Virus record (IMG/VR): IMGVR_UViG_3300042402_002641 | Location: 216,020-280,019 of that record | Direction: 5' to 3' (one strand) | DNA: 64,000 nucleotides | In this document: positions 56,598 to 64,000 of the stretch, one piece after another | Layout: each line of letters begins with the position of its first letter | Numbering within the stretch: position 1 is the stretch's first letter | Made by a program: the position numbers and the translations under genes | The notes under the pieces: model-generated | What the model was told of the DNA's origin: nothing | The model's database searches: none | What the model saw: only the letters and a program-made list of their open reading frames with translations

Positions 56598-58917
56598 TTT
56601 TTCCAGCCTCTTCTAGACTCTGTTGTGCTTTCAGCAATTTGCGTTCAGCTTTGGTCAAAGGTTTAGGCAATTCAGTTACAACAAAATCTAGTTTATCATC
56701 TACGATATCTACAGTAACACGACCACCGTTAACTAGATCTCCAAACAGCACTCTGCGACTCAGGGGTGATTTAACTTCATTGTCTATCAATCTTGCCAAC
56801 GGTCTAGCACCCATCTTGGAATCATAGCCACGCTCTGCTAGATATTTTGCTGCCTTGGCGGTCAACACTATCTCTATGCCTTTGTCTTTGAGTTGTGAAT
56901 TGAGATCTCCCACAAACTTCTTAACAATCTGTTCAACCACTTTGTGGTCTAGCTTACCAAATTTGATAACAGCATCTAGTCGATTGCGGAATTCAGGCGC
57001 AAAGAATTTCTTAATGGCTTTGTCATCTTCGTCGTCACGCTCTAGTGTACCAAAACCTATCGAGTTACGTTCGTTGTCTGCGGCTCCTAGGTTACTGGTC
57101 ATAATAAGGATGCAGTTGCGGCCATCTGCTTGCTTACCATTTGAACCTGTGACAAATCCATTGTCCATGAATGCCAACAAGATGTTCATGACATCCGGGT
57201 GTGCTTTTTCTACCTCATCTAATAATAGAATGCTGTTAGCATGCTCTTGCAGTTTGGTAATCAGCTGTCCGGCATTGTCTTCGTAGCCCACGTATCCCGG
57301 AGGAGCTCCGATCAACCGTGCTACAGAATGTTTCTCCTGATATTCACCCATATCAAATCGAATCAACTGCATGCCCATCTTGTCTGCTAGTTGTTTGGCA
57401 GTTTCTGTTTTACCTGTGCCTGTTGGACCAGAGAATAAAAAACTACCAATGGGTTTGTTAGGAGCTTTCATGCCTGCCTGACTAACAAAGATTTTATCCA
57501 GCAGTGTTTCTACTGCACGATCCTGTCCATAGACTACACCCTTCATCTGAGAATCTAAATCACTGAGATTCTTTGATTCTTTTTGTGCCACGGTTTCTAA
57601 AGGCATGTTAATCATTTTACTCAACTCGTAAGTGACCTGTTCAATGTCTACAATCTGTGGTACACCTTCCATACCTTCATCATCTTTTAGTTTATATCTG
57701 GCGCTGGCACAATCTATAATGTCAATAGCCTTATCTGGCAGTTTTTTATCTGCCATGTATTTGACACTGAGTTTAACTGCCTGTTCTATAGCAGCATCTG
57801 ATATTTTTACATTGTGATGACTTTCGTAGTATTTTTTAAGTCCTTTTAGAATCTTTATAGACATTTCTTCAGACGGTTCTTCGATAGTCACACGTTGGAA
57901 TCTACGCATCAGAGCACGATCACTTTCAAAGTGTTTGCGATATTCTTCCCAGGTAGTAGATGCTATCAGCTTAATTACACCCTTGGTCAGTATGGGTTTC
58001 AGCATGTTGCTCATGTCGTTGGAACTTTGATTAGCTGCTCCTGCTCCCTGCATCATATGTGCTTCATCTATGAATAGAATAATTTTGCCTTTCTTTTCCA
58101 ACGCTGCTAACACTGCCTTGACACGTTCTTCAAAATCACCTCTATACTTAGACCCTGCCAACATGGCAGAAATATCTAAGGTATAGACCTGATGATCTTG
58201 TATGAATTTAGGAACCTTCTTTTCATGTATCTTGCGAGCGATACCTTCGGCGATGGCAGTTTTACCTACTCCGGGATCTCCTACCATCAACACATTGGCT
58301 TTGTTTCTACGAGCCAACACCAATTGTATTTTTTCAATTTCTTCATCGCGGCCAATTACTGGATCGAGTTTGCGTTGTTTGGCTTTGAGGCTGAGATTGG
58401 TGCAGAATTGATTGAGAATCCTATCGATCTGATTACTAGACACCTGTTTGATTTCTCCTTCAACATCCACAGACTCTGGTTGTACTATGTTTTCTTGGAA
58501 AAATTTAACAAACTTTTCTTTAGTGACTCCGCCTTTTTGTAGAAAGTAAAAACCAAAACTGTTCTTCTCACTGAGCACACTGATAATCACGTCAGCCACT
58601 TCCATGCGTTGACGTCCACTAAACAACACCTGAGTAAAACAGCGATTCAGCACACGCTCTACTGAATTAGTTTTTTTAGGTTTATAGTTTTTTTCTGCGG
58701 TCTTAATGTCGTTGAGATTGTTTTTTAGATAATGATCGAGATTGGTTTTAACAAAGGCAGCGTCTGCCCCAAAACTTTCTAACAGAGTGTAGGTTTCTTG
58801 ATCACTGATCATAGCATATACAATATGTTCTATGGTAATGTACTCATGTCCAAGACCTTTAGCCAAATTGATAGAGTTTTCAAAAATGTCTTGTAGGTGT
58901 TTGCTGGGTTCTATCAC
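56563..58917 (-). CDS. clpA: ClpA-like ATP-dependent Clp protease ATP-binding subunit
   Basis: Clp N domain, Walker A motifs GDPGVGKT and GPTGTGKT, pore loop GYVG and IGF ClpP-docking loop. No M domain. Confidence 0.88.
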   Translation of the reverse strand: MIEPSKHLQDIFENSINLAKGLGHEYITIEHIVYAMISDQETYTLLESFGADAAFVKTNLDHYLKNNLNDIKTAEKNYKPKKTNSVERVLNRCFTQVLFSGRQRMEVADVIISVLSEKNSFGFYFLQKGGVTKEKFVKFFQENIVQPESVDVEGEIKQVSSNQIDRILNQFCTNLSLKAKQRKLDPVIGRDEEIEKIQLVLARRNKANVLMVGDPGVGKTAIAEGIARKIHEKKVPKFIQDHQVYTLDISAMLAGSKYRGDFEERVKAVLAALEKKGKIILFIDEAHMMQGAGAANQSSNDMSNMLKPILTKGVIKLIASTTWEEYRKHFESDRALMRRFQRVTIEEPSEEMSIKILKGLKKYYESHHNVKISDAAIEQAVKLSVKYMADKKLPDKAIDIIDCASARYKLKDDEGMEGVPQIVDIEQVTYELSKMINMPLETVAQKESKNLSDLDSQMKGVVYGQDRAVETLLDKIFVSQAGMKAPNKPIGSFLFSGPTGTGKTETAKQLADKMGMQLIRFDMGEYQEKHSVARLIGAPPGYVGYEDNAGQLITKLQEHANSILLLDEVEKAHPDVMNILLAFMDNGFVTGSNGKQADGRNCILIMTSNLGAADNERNSIGFGTLERDDEDDKAIKKFFAPEFRNRLDAVIKFGKLDHKVVEQIVKKFVGDLNSQLKDKGIEIVLTAKAAKYLAERGYDSKMGARPLARLIDNEVKSPLSRRVLFGDLVNGGRVTVDIVDDKLDFVVTELPKPLTKAERKLLKAQQSLEEAGKNAEPENQIHQS

Positions 58918-58920
58918 TGT

Positions 58921-59766
58921 TTATATTCCCTGTTGTTGTAATTGTTTAATCTGTGCTCGTTGATTTTCGCTGAGATTCTGTGGCACATGCACTTTTAGTT
59001 TAACCAAAAGGTTTCCTCGCTGTCTATTTCTCATGTTAGGTAAACCTTCTCCTCTGCAACTCAATACCGTTTCTGGCTGTGTGCCAGCTGGCACAGTGAT
59101 GTTGAGTGTTTTATTGTCCAGAGTCTCTATAGTTAACGAGGTACCTAACATAGCATCCCAAACAGAAATCTGCTGTTCTAAGATCAAAGATGTATGATCT
59201 CTGTGAAATCGAGCATGCTGTTTGACTAACACATTTACTATGAGGTCTCCAGGTCTAAGACCCTGTATGGAATTATCTCCCATACCTTCGTAGCGTATCT
59301 GCTGACCATGTTCTATACCAGCGGGAATCACAATGTTGATCATCTTGTTCTTACCGCCAGGTATAGAAATCTCTGCATTGAGTTCCTTGCCCTGTAACAC
59401 ATCCTCTAACGTAATTTCTATAGTGATATTCAGTGTTTTATTTTTCCTTAGAGGTTCTCGACCAAATCCACCTCCGAAGCCAAAGTTTCCGAACAGATCA
59501 TTTAGATTGCCTGTGCCAAAGTGAAACTCAAATGGATTCTGTTGGCCTTGATGGTGAAAGCCCTGTTGATTGGGATCCATACCAGCATCAATCATTCTGC
59601 GTTTGTCCGGATCGCTGAGTGATTCATAAGCCGTAGAAATTTCTTTGAATTTGGCCTGATCACCTCCTCGATCGGGATGATGTTTCATAGCCATCGATCG
59701 ATAGGCTTTTTTGATTTCGGCGTCTGTGGCGCCTCTTTTTAATCCTAGGGTAGCGTAATAATCCAT
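58921..59766 (-). CDS. DnaJ class II (CbpA-like) co-chaperone
   Basis: J domain 'MDYY..LG...KKAYR...HHPD', G/F region and C-terminal domain. No CxxCxGxG Zn finger. Confidence 0.88.
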   Translation of the reverse strand: MDYYATLGLKRGATDAEIKKAYRSMAMKHHPDRGGDQAKFKEISTAYESLSDPDKRRMIDAGMDPNQQGFHHQGQQNPFEFHFGTGNLNDLFGNFGFGGGFGREPLRKNKTLNITIEITLEDVLQGKELNAEISIPGGKNKMINIVIPAGIEHGQQIRYEGMGDNSIQGLRPGDLIVNVLVKQHARFHRDHTSLILEQQISVWDAMLGTSLTIETLDNKTLNITVPAGTQPETVLSCRGEGLPNMRNRQRGNLLVKLKVHVPQNLSENQRAQIKQLQQQGI

Positions 59767-59772
59767 GTTTAT

Positions 59773-59801
59773 AGTATACAATAAAAATAGGACTACGTCA
59801 A
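59773..59801 (-). promoter_or_regulatory. Sigma70 promoter TTGACG-N17-TATACT (dnaJ, leaderless)
   Basis: 17-nt spacer, 6 nt to the ATG. Confidence 0.7.
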
Positions 59802-59810
59802 GTAGTCCTA
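59781..59810 (-). terminator. Rho-independent terminator
   Basis: TAGGACTAC-N5-GTAGTCCTA followed by TTTTTATT. Confidence 0.75.
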
Positions 59811-59840
59811 AGTATTTACTACAGATTTACTGAACAAGAA

Positions 59841-60062
59841 TTATTTTTTTACTGGTACTGCTGTGCCTTCATGCTTTTTATGCACTTTGACTTCTTTGCA
59901 GTTCTGCTTGGGTTTTTTAGTTTTCGGATCTATCACCGGTTTTCCATCTTTGCCCTGTTGATCCACACAGACTTTTTTAGTTTCTGGTTTTGCATCTTCG
60001 GCACCATACACAGGCATAGCCACGGTAAGTGCGAGACCTAGTGCTAGAATAATATTTTTCAT
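59841..60062 (-). CDS. Small secreted Lys-rich protein
   Basis: Signal peptide 'MKNIILALGLALTVAMPVYGA' and two Cys. Confidence 0.65.
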   Translation of the reverse strand: MKNIILALGLALTVAMPVYGAEDAKPETKKVCVDQQGKDGKPVIDPKTKKPKQNCKEVKVHKKHEGTAVPVKK

Positions 60063-60071
60063 ATGTGTTCC

Positions 60072-60575
60072 TTATAGTTCTGGTTGATCTGGTTGCATAG
60101 GCATCGGCTTACCTGTGCTACTTGTCATTGGCCTTGCTGGCGCAACTGGTGTTGTACCCCAACTCGGTGCTGGTGCAAAACTTGTGCTTGAGGCTGGTGC
60201 TGCAGAACCGAAGCCTCCTGGTGTTGCGCCAAATCCTGGCGACGGTGCACCAAATGTTGTAGTAACGCTTTGGGATACCGGTGCGAGCCCGCCATTGTTT
60301 GCTCCGTTTAATTTTTCTTGTGTACGGCCAAATGCTGCAATGCCTAATACAGCTCCCATGGCGATGTGGAACAATCCTGCACCTTGCAGTGTTAATGGAT
60401 TCCATTGTGTAAGACCTGTTCCTACAGTAGTTTGCAATAAACTCCACAATACTGGAAATACAACCATGTCCATGGTACAGACCAGCATGTACATCCACCC
60501 CATCATTGGACGCCATTTACTGTTCATCCAATCTTCTTTTTTCTTTTCTGATTCGCTTTTAACTTCCTCGCTCAT
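60072..60575 (-). CDS. Holin (3TM GTA-holin-like)
   Basis: 'KWRPMMGWMY' TM segment and 'GAVLGIAAFGRTQEK'. Lies in the lysis cassette. Confidence 0.65.
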   Translation of the reverse strand: MSEEVKSESEKKKEDWMNSKWRPMMGWMYMLVCTMDMVVFPVLWSLLQTTVGTGLTQWNPLTLQGAGLFHIAMGAVLGIAAFGRTQEKLNGANNGGLAPVSQSVTTTFGAPSPGFGATPGGFGSAAPASSTSFAPAPSWGTTPVAPARPMTSSTGKPMPMQPDQPEL

Positions 60576-60592
60576 ATCTTATTCCTTTTCCG

Positions 60593-60712
60593 TTATTGCT
60601 TTTTAGCCAGCATTGCTTGAATCTTTTCTTGCATGGCCTTAGCCCAAAACGGTTGTGGAAAGTTCCAACCTACAAATGCTCCAACCGCTATCCATAATAA
60701 AATATCTAACAT
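60593..60712 (-). CDS. 39-aa membrane peptide (not in ORF track)
   Basis: MLDILLWIAVGAFVGWNFPQPFWAKAMQEKIQAMLAKKQ*. AGGAG SD. Confidence 0.65.
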   Translation of the reverse strand: MLDILLWIAVGAFVGWNFPQPFWAKAMQEKIQAMLAKKQ

Positions 60713-60731
60713 AATCTGCTCCTAGTTGTTG

Positions 60732-61295
60732 TTAAAACCAAAGGTATAGGCCGTTCATACTCAGCACTATACCTAGTCCTGCTACGACAAAACTACCCCA
60801 GAACATTGACATACTAACTGCAAGAATACTTGCGGTCAACACAACAATGGCTAACTGATATGCTGTATTGGCATATGCAATCCAAGGACTAGATTTCTTA
60901 GCCACTTCTCGCTCTGCTTCCATGGCTCTTGCTTTGATAGCAATTTCTTTCTTGTCAGCATCCATGCGTTCTGCTTCTGCTTTGAATTCTTTCTTTAACA
61001 CAGGATCACTAGTTGTTTTACTGGCAATTTCAAAACTTACTAGACGATTGTTCTTGGCTTGATACTGTGCCCAGGCATTGTTGGCACCTAGAGTATTACT
61101 TAATACTGTGCTGGACAGTTTACCACCATACCAACTGTTGACTGCTAAGAATAGTGCAAATATAGAAATAACCATACCTGCCTTGTCTTTGATTTTGGCT
61201 TCTCTTTCACTGCGAGAACCCGGCGCTGGCTTTGGCGCATCGGGATCTTTAGCTTCTTTTGTGAATATTTTTAAAACTGAATCTGTTACACTCAT
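60732..61295 (-). CDS. DUF4337-like membrane protein
   Basis: N-terminal TM, 'NAWAQYQAK', and C-terminal TMs 'YQLAIVVLTASIL'. Confidence 0.6.
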   Translation of the reverse strand: MSVTDSVLKIFTKEAKDPDAPKPAPGSRSEREAKIKDKAGMVISIFALFLAVNSWYGGKLSSTVLSNTLGANNAWAQYQAKNNRLVSFEIASKTTSDPVLKKEFKAEAERMDADKKEIAIKARAMEAEREVAKKSSPWIAYANTAYQLAIVVLTASILAVSMSMFWGSFVVAGLGIVLSMNGLYLWF

Positions 61296-61320
61296 TACTG
61301 CGCTCCTGCTTCATATACTA

Positions 61321-61941
61321 TTATTTAACTGATTCGAAGATTTTCTTCTGGTCTCGGTACCATTCCTGCCAGGCCCTTAGTTTTTCTGCGTTTTCGTGGC
61401 AGGCTCCGTAGTTTTCGACGACGGTGTCGAGGAGCCTACTGGCTTCAACTCCACTGGGGGTTCCATCAGTTGCGGCGGCACGCTCGGGAATTTCATTACG
61501 ACTGGCGCTGTCGTGCAAGCTGACAGTAGACTTAGGCAAAGTACACTGAGCATCCAGTTGCTTACCCGCAACTTCTTTGATAATTTCTCTATTGACATAT
61601 ACATTTTCCTTGACGACTTTAATCTTTGTAACAACTCGTGTTTCTATCACTGTGTTAACCTGCTGACTTTTTTCTTCTGCGATTTTAACTTTTGCTTCTA
61701 GTTCTCTTACACGGTCGCGCCATAGCATTTCTGTGCCATAGCTGCCAAACATATATACTCCTACCATTAATACACCTACTCCGATCAGTTCTGATGGTAA
61801 CTTGTACTGCGACATCAAAGGAATCCATGCCACTAGTTTGCTGGCCACATACAGTCCTGCTCCTAGGATCATCAATACATAGGTGATCCATACGAAAAAA
61901 CTATCCGGGATAAGACTTAACATCCATCCTAGTTGAGCCAT
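61321..61941 (-). CDS. Inner-membrane spanin (Rz-like)
   Basis: Start refined to MAQLGW. N-terminal TMs, a coiled coil, and 'CTLP...LHD.A...VVENYGACHENAEKL'. Follows the endolysin. Confidence 0.7.
   Translation of the reverse strand: MAQLGWMLSLIPDSFFVWITYVLMILGAGLYVASKLVAWIPLMSQYKLPSELIGVGVLMVGVYMFGSYGTEMLWRDRVRELEAKVKIAEEKSQQVNTVIETRVVTKIKVVKENVYVNREIIKEVAGKQLDAQCTLPKSTVSLHDSASRNEIPERAAATDGTPSGVEASRLLDTVVENYGACHENAEKLRAWQEWYRDQKKIFESVK
61377..61571 (-). CDS. Outer-membrane spanin lipoprotein (Rz1-like), nested in another frame
   Basis: Lipobox LSAC followed by Pro-rich 'PVVMKFPSVPPQLMEPP'. The start is uncertain (TTG 61571 or ATG 61553). Confidence 0.65.
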   Translation of the reverse strand: MRVSNWMLSVLCLSLLSACTTAPVVMKFPSVPPQLMEPPVELKPVGSSTPSSKTTEPATKTQKN

Positions 61942-62570
61942 TAGTGTGCTCCGAAGATATGCAGTGCGTGTTCGTAATGTTTGATGCGATCTTCTAGACC
62001 AATAGTACCACCGTTGATGCGTTTGGTCAGCGTGAGGATATCTCCTGAGTCTGCCCACTTGTTGAGATTGTTCTGTTCCCAAAAGAAACAAGCACTCTGT
62101 ACAGCACCTTCAAATGTCTGTAGGTATTCGGATGCTTCCTCTACAGGTACATCTATACTGGCTGCAAAGAATGTATAGTTGTCTTTGCCGGTAAGCTGGA
62201 TCAGCCCACGACCGCAGTAGCGCCAACCATCGCCGGAATCTTCCGGACCATTGCCCATCCTATTGGCATAGACTCTGTTGGCTATGCGTTCTGGTTTGTT
62301 GGCATATGCGGCTGCGGTGGCATCGTCTGGAAAGTATTTAGGAAACACCTTGCGCAGACTGGCGGCCTTGTAGTTGAGGTTCTCTTTGAGAAAAACAAAT
62401 CCACCGCTTTCATGAGCGCATTGCGCTAGGAAAGCTGCCACACGCTGAGGAGTGTTGATTTCATATTCTGGAAGAATGCTAGAGATAGCTTCATACCATT
62501 GTGACACATAGGAATTCCGTGGAATCATTTCTTTCAACTGTTCTTGAGTAAAGTTAAATGTAAAGCTCAT
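61941..62570 (-). CDS. Glycoside hydrolase family 19 endolysin
   Basis: 'AAFLAQCAHESGGF...ENLNY', 'YCGRGLIQLTGKDNY' and 'TKRINGG..GLEDR'. Confidence 0.9.
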   Translation of the reverse strand: MSFTFNFTQEQLKEMIPRNSYVSQWYEAISSILPEYEINTPQRVAAFLAQCAHESGGFVFLKENLNYKAASLRKVFPKYFPDDATAAAYANKPERIANRVYANRMGNGPEDSGDGWRYCGRGLIQLTGKDNYTFFAASIDVPVEEASEYLQTFEGAVQSACFFWEQNNLNKWADSGDILTLTKRINGGTIGLEDRIKHYEHALHIFGAH

Positions 62571-63319
62571 TGTTCTGTCCTTTTTAATAGCATAGACCTT
62601 GCGCCGTTGTTGAAAACAAAATTTTCGCCAACTTTATTTATATGGTAGTCACCTAATACTTTAGTAAGCCAAAACATTTCACTGCTGGCTGCCTCGTCTA
62701 CGGTATAGCCATCGTCTATGCCTTCTAGTATAGATTCTGTGGCACCGTCTTTGACTATCTGTAACTTGATAGAACGATCAAATGGTTTGTGGATGGTAAT
62801 GATGTCACCATCTAGAGTGAGATCATCCATTAAAGTTTTTGTGAAAAAGTCACGCACACTTTCTGTGCGCATGCGATCCATTAGTCCTTGATAAGCAGAA
62901 GAATTGTCAGGAATCTTTTTCTTTAGATTTTCTTCAGTGGCTTCGTGTACTTGATTTTCTTTATAATATTTAAATTTTAGATCATCTAGTCCTGTGAGTT
63001 TTTTCACACCGTAGGTGAGTTCTTTGATCTGCTCAGACAGTTTAGCTGTGCGAGCTATTTCTACAAACACAGAGTACTCGCCGCGGTTGTCTTCGCCGCT
63101 GCTGACATCTGCGTCTAACACAAAAGCATATCCCTTCTCGATAAATTCCATTAGATCCTTGGCCGGTGAACGATCGTTGACCTTGAAACTGATCACACAT
63201 ACGTCTTGATCTTCACCCATCTTGGATCTAAATGAATCTACCTCAAAGGTTGGATGAACCATTTCTTTGAGATCGTCGGCTCTGAGACCTTCGTTAAGCT
63301 GCTGGTGCTGGTTGTGCAT
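62567..63319 (-). CDS. Hypothetical protein (possible head-associated)
   Basis: Start refined to MHNQHQQLNEGL. Confidence 0.65.
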   Translation of the reverse strand: MHNQHQQLNEGLRADDLKEMVHPTFEVDSFRSKMGEDQDVCVISFKVNDRSPAKDLMEFIEKGYAFVLDADVSSGEDNRGEYSVFVEIARTAKLSEQIKELTYGVKKLTGLDDLKFKYYKENQVHEATEENLKKKIPDNSSAYQGLMDRMRTESVRDFFTKTLMDDLTLDGDIITIHKPFDRSIKLQIVKDGATESILEGIDDGYTVDEAASSEMFWLTKVLGDYHINKVGENFVFNNGARSMLLKRTEQ

Positions 63320-63827
63320 TTGCCATTTCCTGTGCTTGTTGTTCTGCAGGATCAATCTGTGCATTAACTCCTGATGCACTGACTATGTCCTCTATTTTGT
63401 TCTTGTCTAGTTCTGTGTAGCCTCGATTGATATCGTTCATTAACTTCTTAGGCATAGTGATTTTGATCATCCACACAGGTTCCTGATCGATCTTACCTTT
63501 GCGTGTGCCCGGGCGAATGTCATCCGGAGTCTTGATCTTGCGCACTTTTGATATAGCGGTTTCAGCTACCTGTACCTTGCAGCCGTACTCCAACAGTCTT
63601 TTTCCGCCTGCAGGCTCCGGCATGTCTTTTTCGGGCCACATAAATGTACATTCCACGAAATATCTGGATTCTTTAGGACCAGACACCAGTTCTCCGTCTA
63701 GCCAGTTGTCGTAGACATAGACATCTAGTTCGTCGATCACACGTTCAAAATCCTTGAGTAAATTCAAGCTGTTATTAGAACCGTAAACCTGTTCTATGTT
63801 AGCTATCACGTCTTTAATATCTGCCAT
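63294..63827 (-). CDS. Conserved hypothetical late protein
   Basis: Start MADIKD with GGGAG SD. ATAAATA at 63842-63848. Confidence 0.7.
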   Translation of the reverse strand: MADIKDVIANIEQVYGSNNSLNLLKDFERVIDELDVYVYDNWLDGELVSGPKESRYFVECTFMWPEKDMPEPAGGKRLLEYGCKVQVAETAISKVRKIKTPDDIRPGTRKGKIDQEPVWMIKITMPKKLMNDINRGYTELDKNKIEDIVSASGVNAQIDPAEQQAQEMANAQPAPAA

Positions 63828-63890
63828 AGTATCTCCCTTTGTATTTATCGCCAAAAATCAAACATAACACTTTACTTTTCCCACCATTGG

Positions 63891-63967
63891 TTAAATACAC
63901 ATGTGTTCGGCTACGGACACTACGGTTAGAGGTCCGTGCCTAACACTTACAGGAGGGCTAACCTTAT
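63891..63967 (+). promoter_or_regulatory. Late promoter TTAAATA and pseudoknotted 5' leader
   Basis: Stem 63903-63918/63932-63946. Loop GGTTAG (63924-29) is complementary to CTAACC (63958-63) just 3' of AGGAGG. Confidence 0.55.
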
Positions 63968-64000
63968 ATGAAGCGAAAAAGAGCGCAAGTACAGCAAAAA
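63968..64000 (+). CDS. Start of divergent gene, 3'-truncated
   Basis: AGGAGG SD followed by MKRKRAQVQQK. Confidence 0.6.
   Translation, partial: MKRKRAQVQQK

Noticed and set aside
1179-63714. Many antisense or alternate-frame ORFs in the track (e.g. 5016-5456, 31774-32205, 56855-57286, 60115-60606)
   Set aside because: They lie wholly inside well-supported genes, lack SDs or motifs, and are expected shadow ORFs. Only the lipobox-bearing nested spanin was kept.
1-64000. Stop-codon reassignment, tRNA genes, CRISPR arrays, integrase/transposase, diversity-generating retroelement
   Set aside because: Genes tile densely in code 11 using TAA, TGA and TAG stops. I saw no cloverleaf, repeat-spacer array, recombinase, reverse transcriptase or TR/VR pair by eye.

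Overview
This is a 64-kb segment of a large, T4-like (jumbo-type) tailed phage genome. It uses the standard genetic code, and its spanin pair points to a Gram-negative host. The + strand (1-27.8 kb) carries a baseplate/tail-fibre block. Directly after it lies a tightly coupled island of four glycosyltransferase-like genes, four tandem radical-SAM proteins with N-terminal twitch/SPASM-like cysteines, and two SGNH-family proteins. The - strand (27.9-63.9 kb) carries several modules: (i) a lysis cassette (GH19 endolysin, nested spanins, holin), DnaJ and ClpA; (ii) a block of K/E-rich modular proteins that look like protease-processed internal head polyproteins; (iii) a SpeD-like/DUF3445/radical-SAM mini-operon; (iv) DNA polymerase B and a sliding clamp; (v) a 7-deazaguanine DNA-modification locus (DpdA/TGT-like, FolE, QueE, a QueD-like LxxxHRHxF protein, a GT-B glycosyltransferase, and no QueC in the window) with PRTase, HIT and HhH glycosylase genes; (vi) T4-type RNase H. 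Sigma70 promoters and TAAATA late promoters are clearly readable. Several leaders form hairpins or pseudoknots over start sites. All functional calls come from motif recognition by eye, without database searches.
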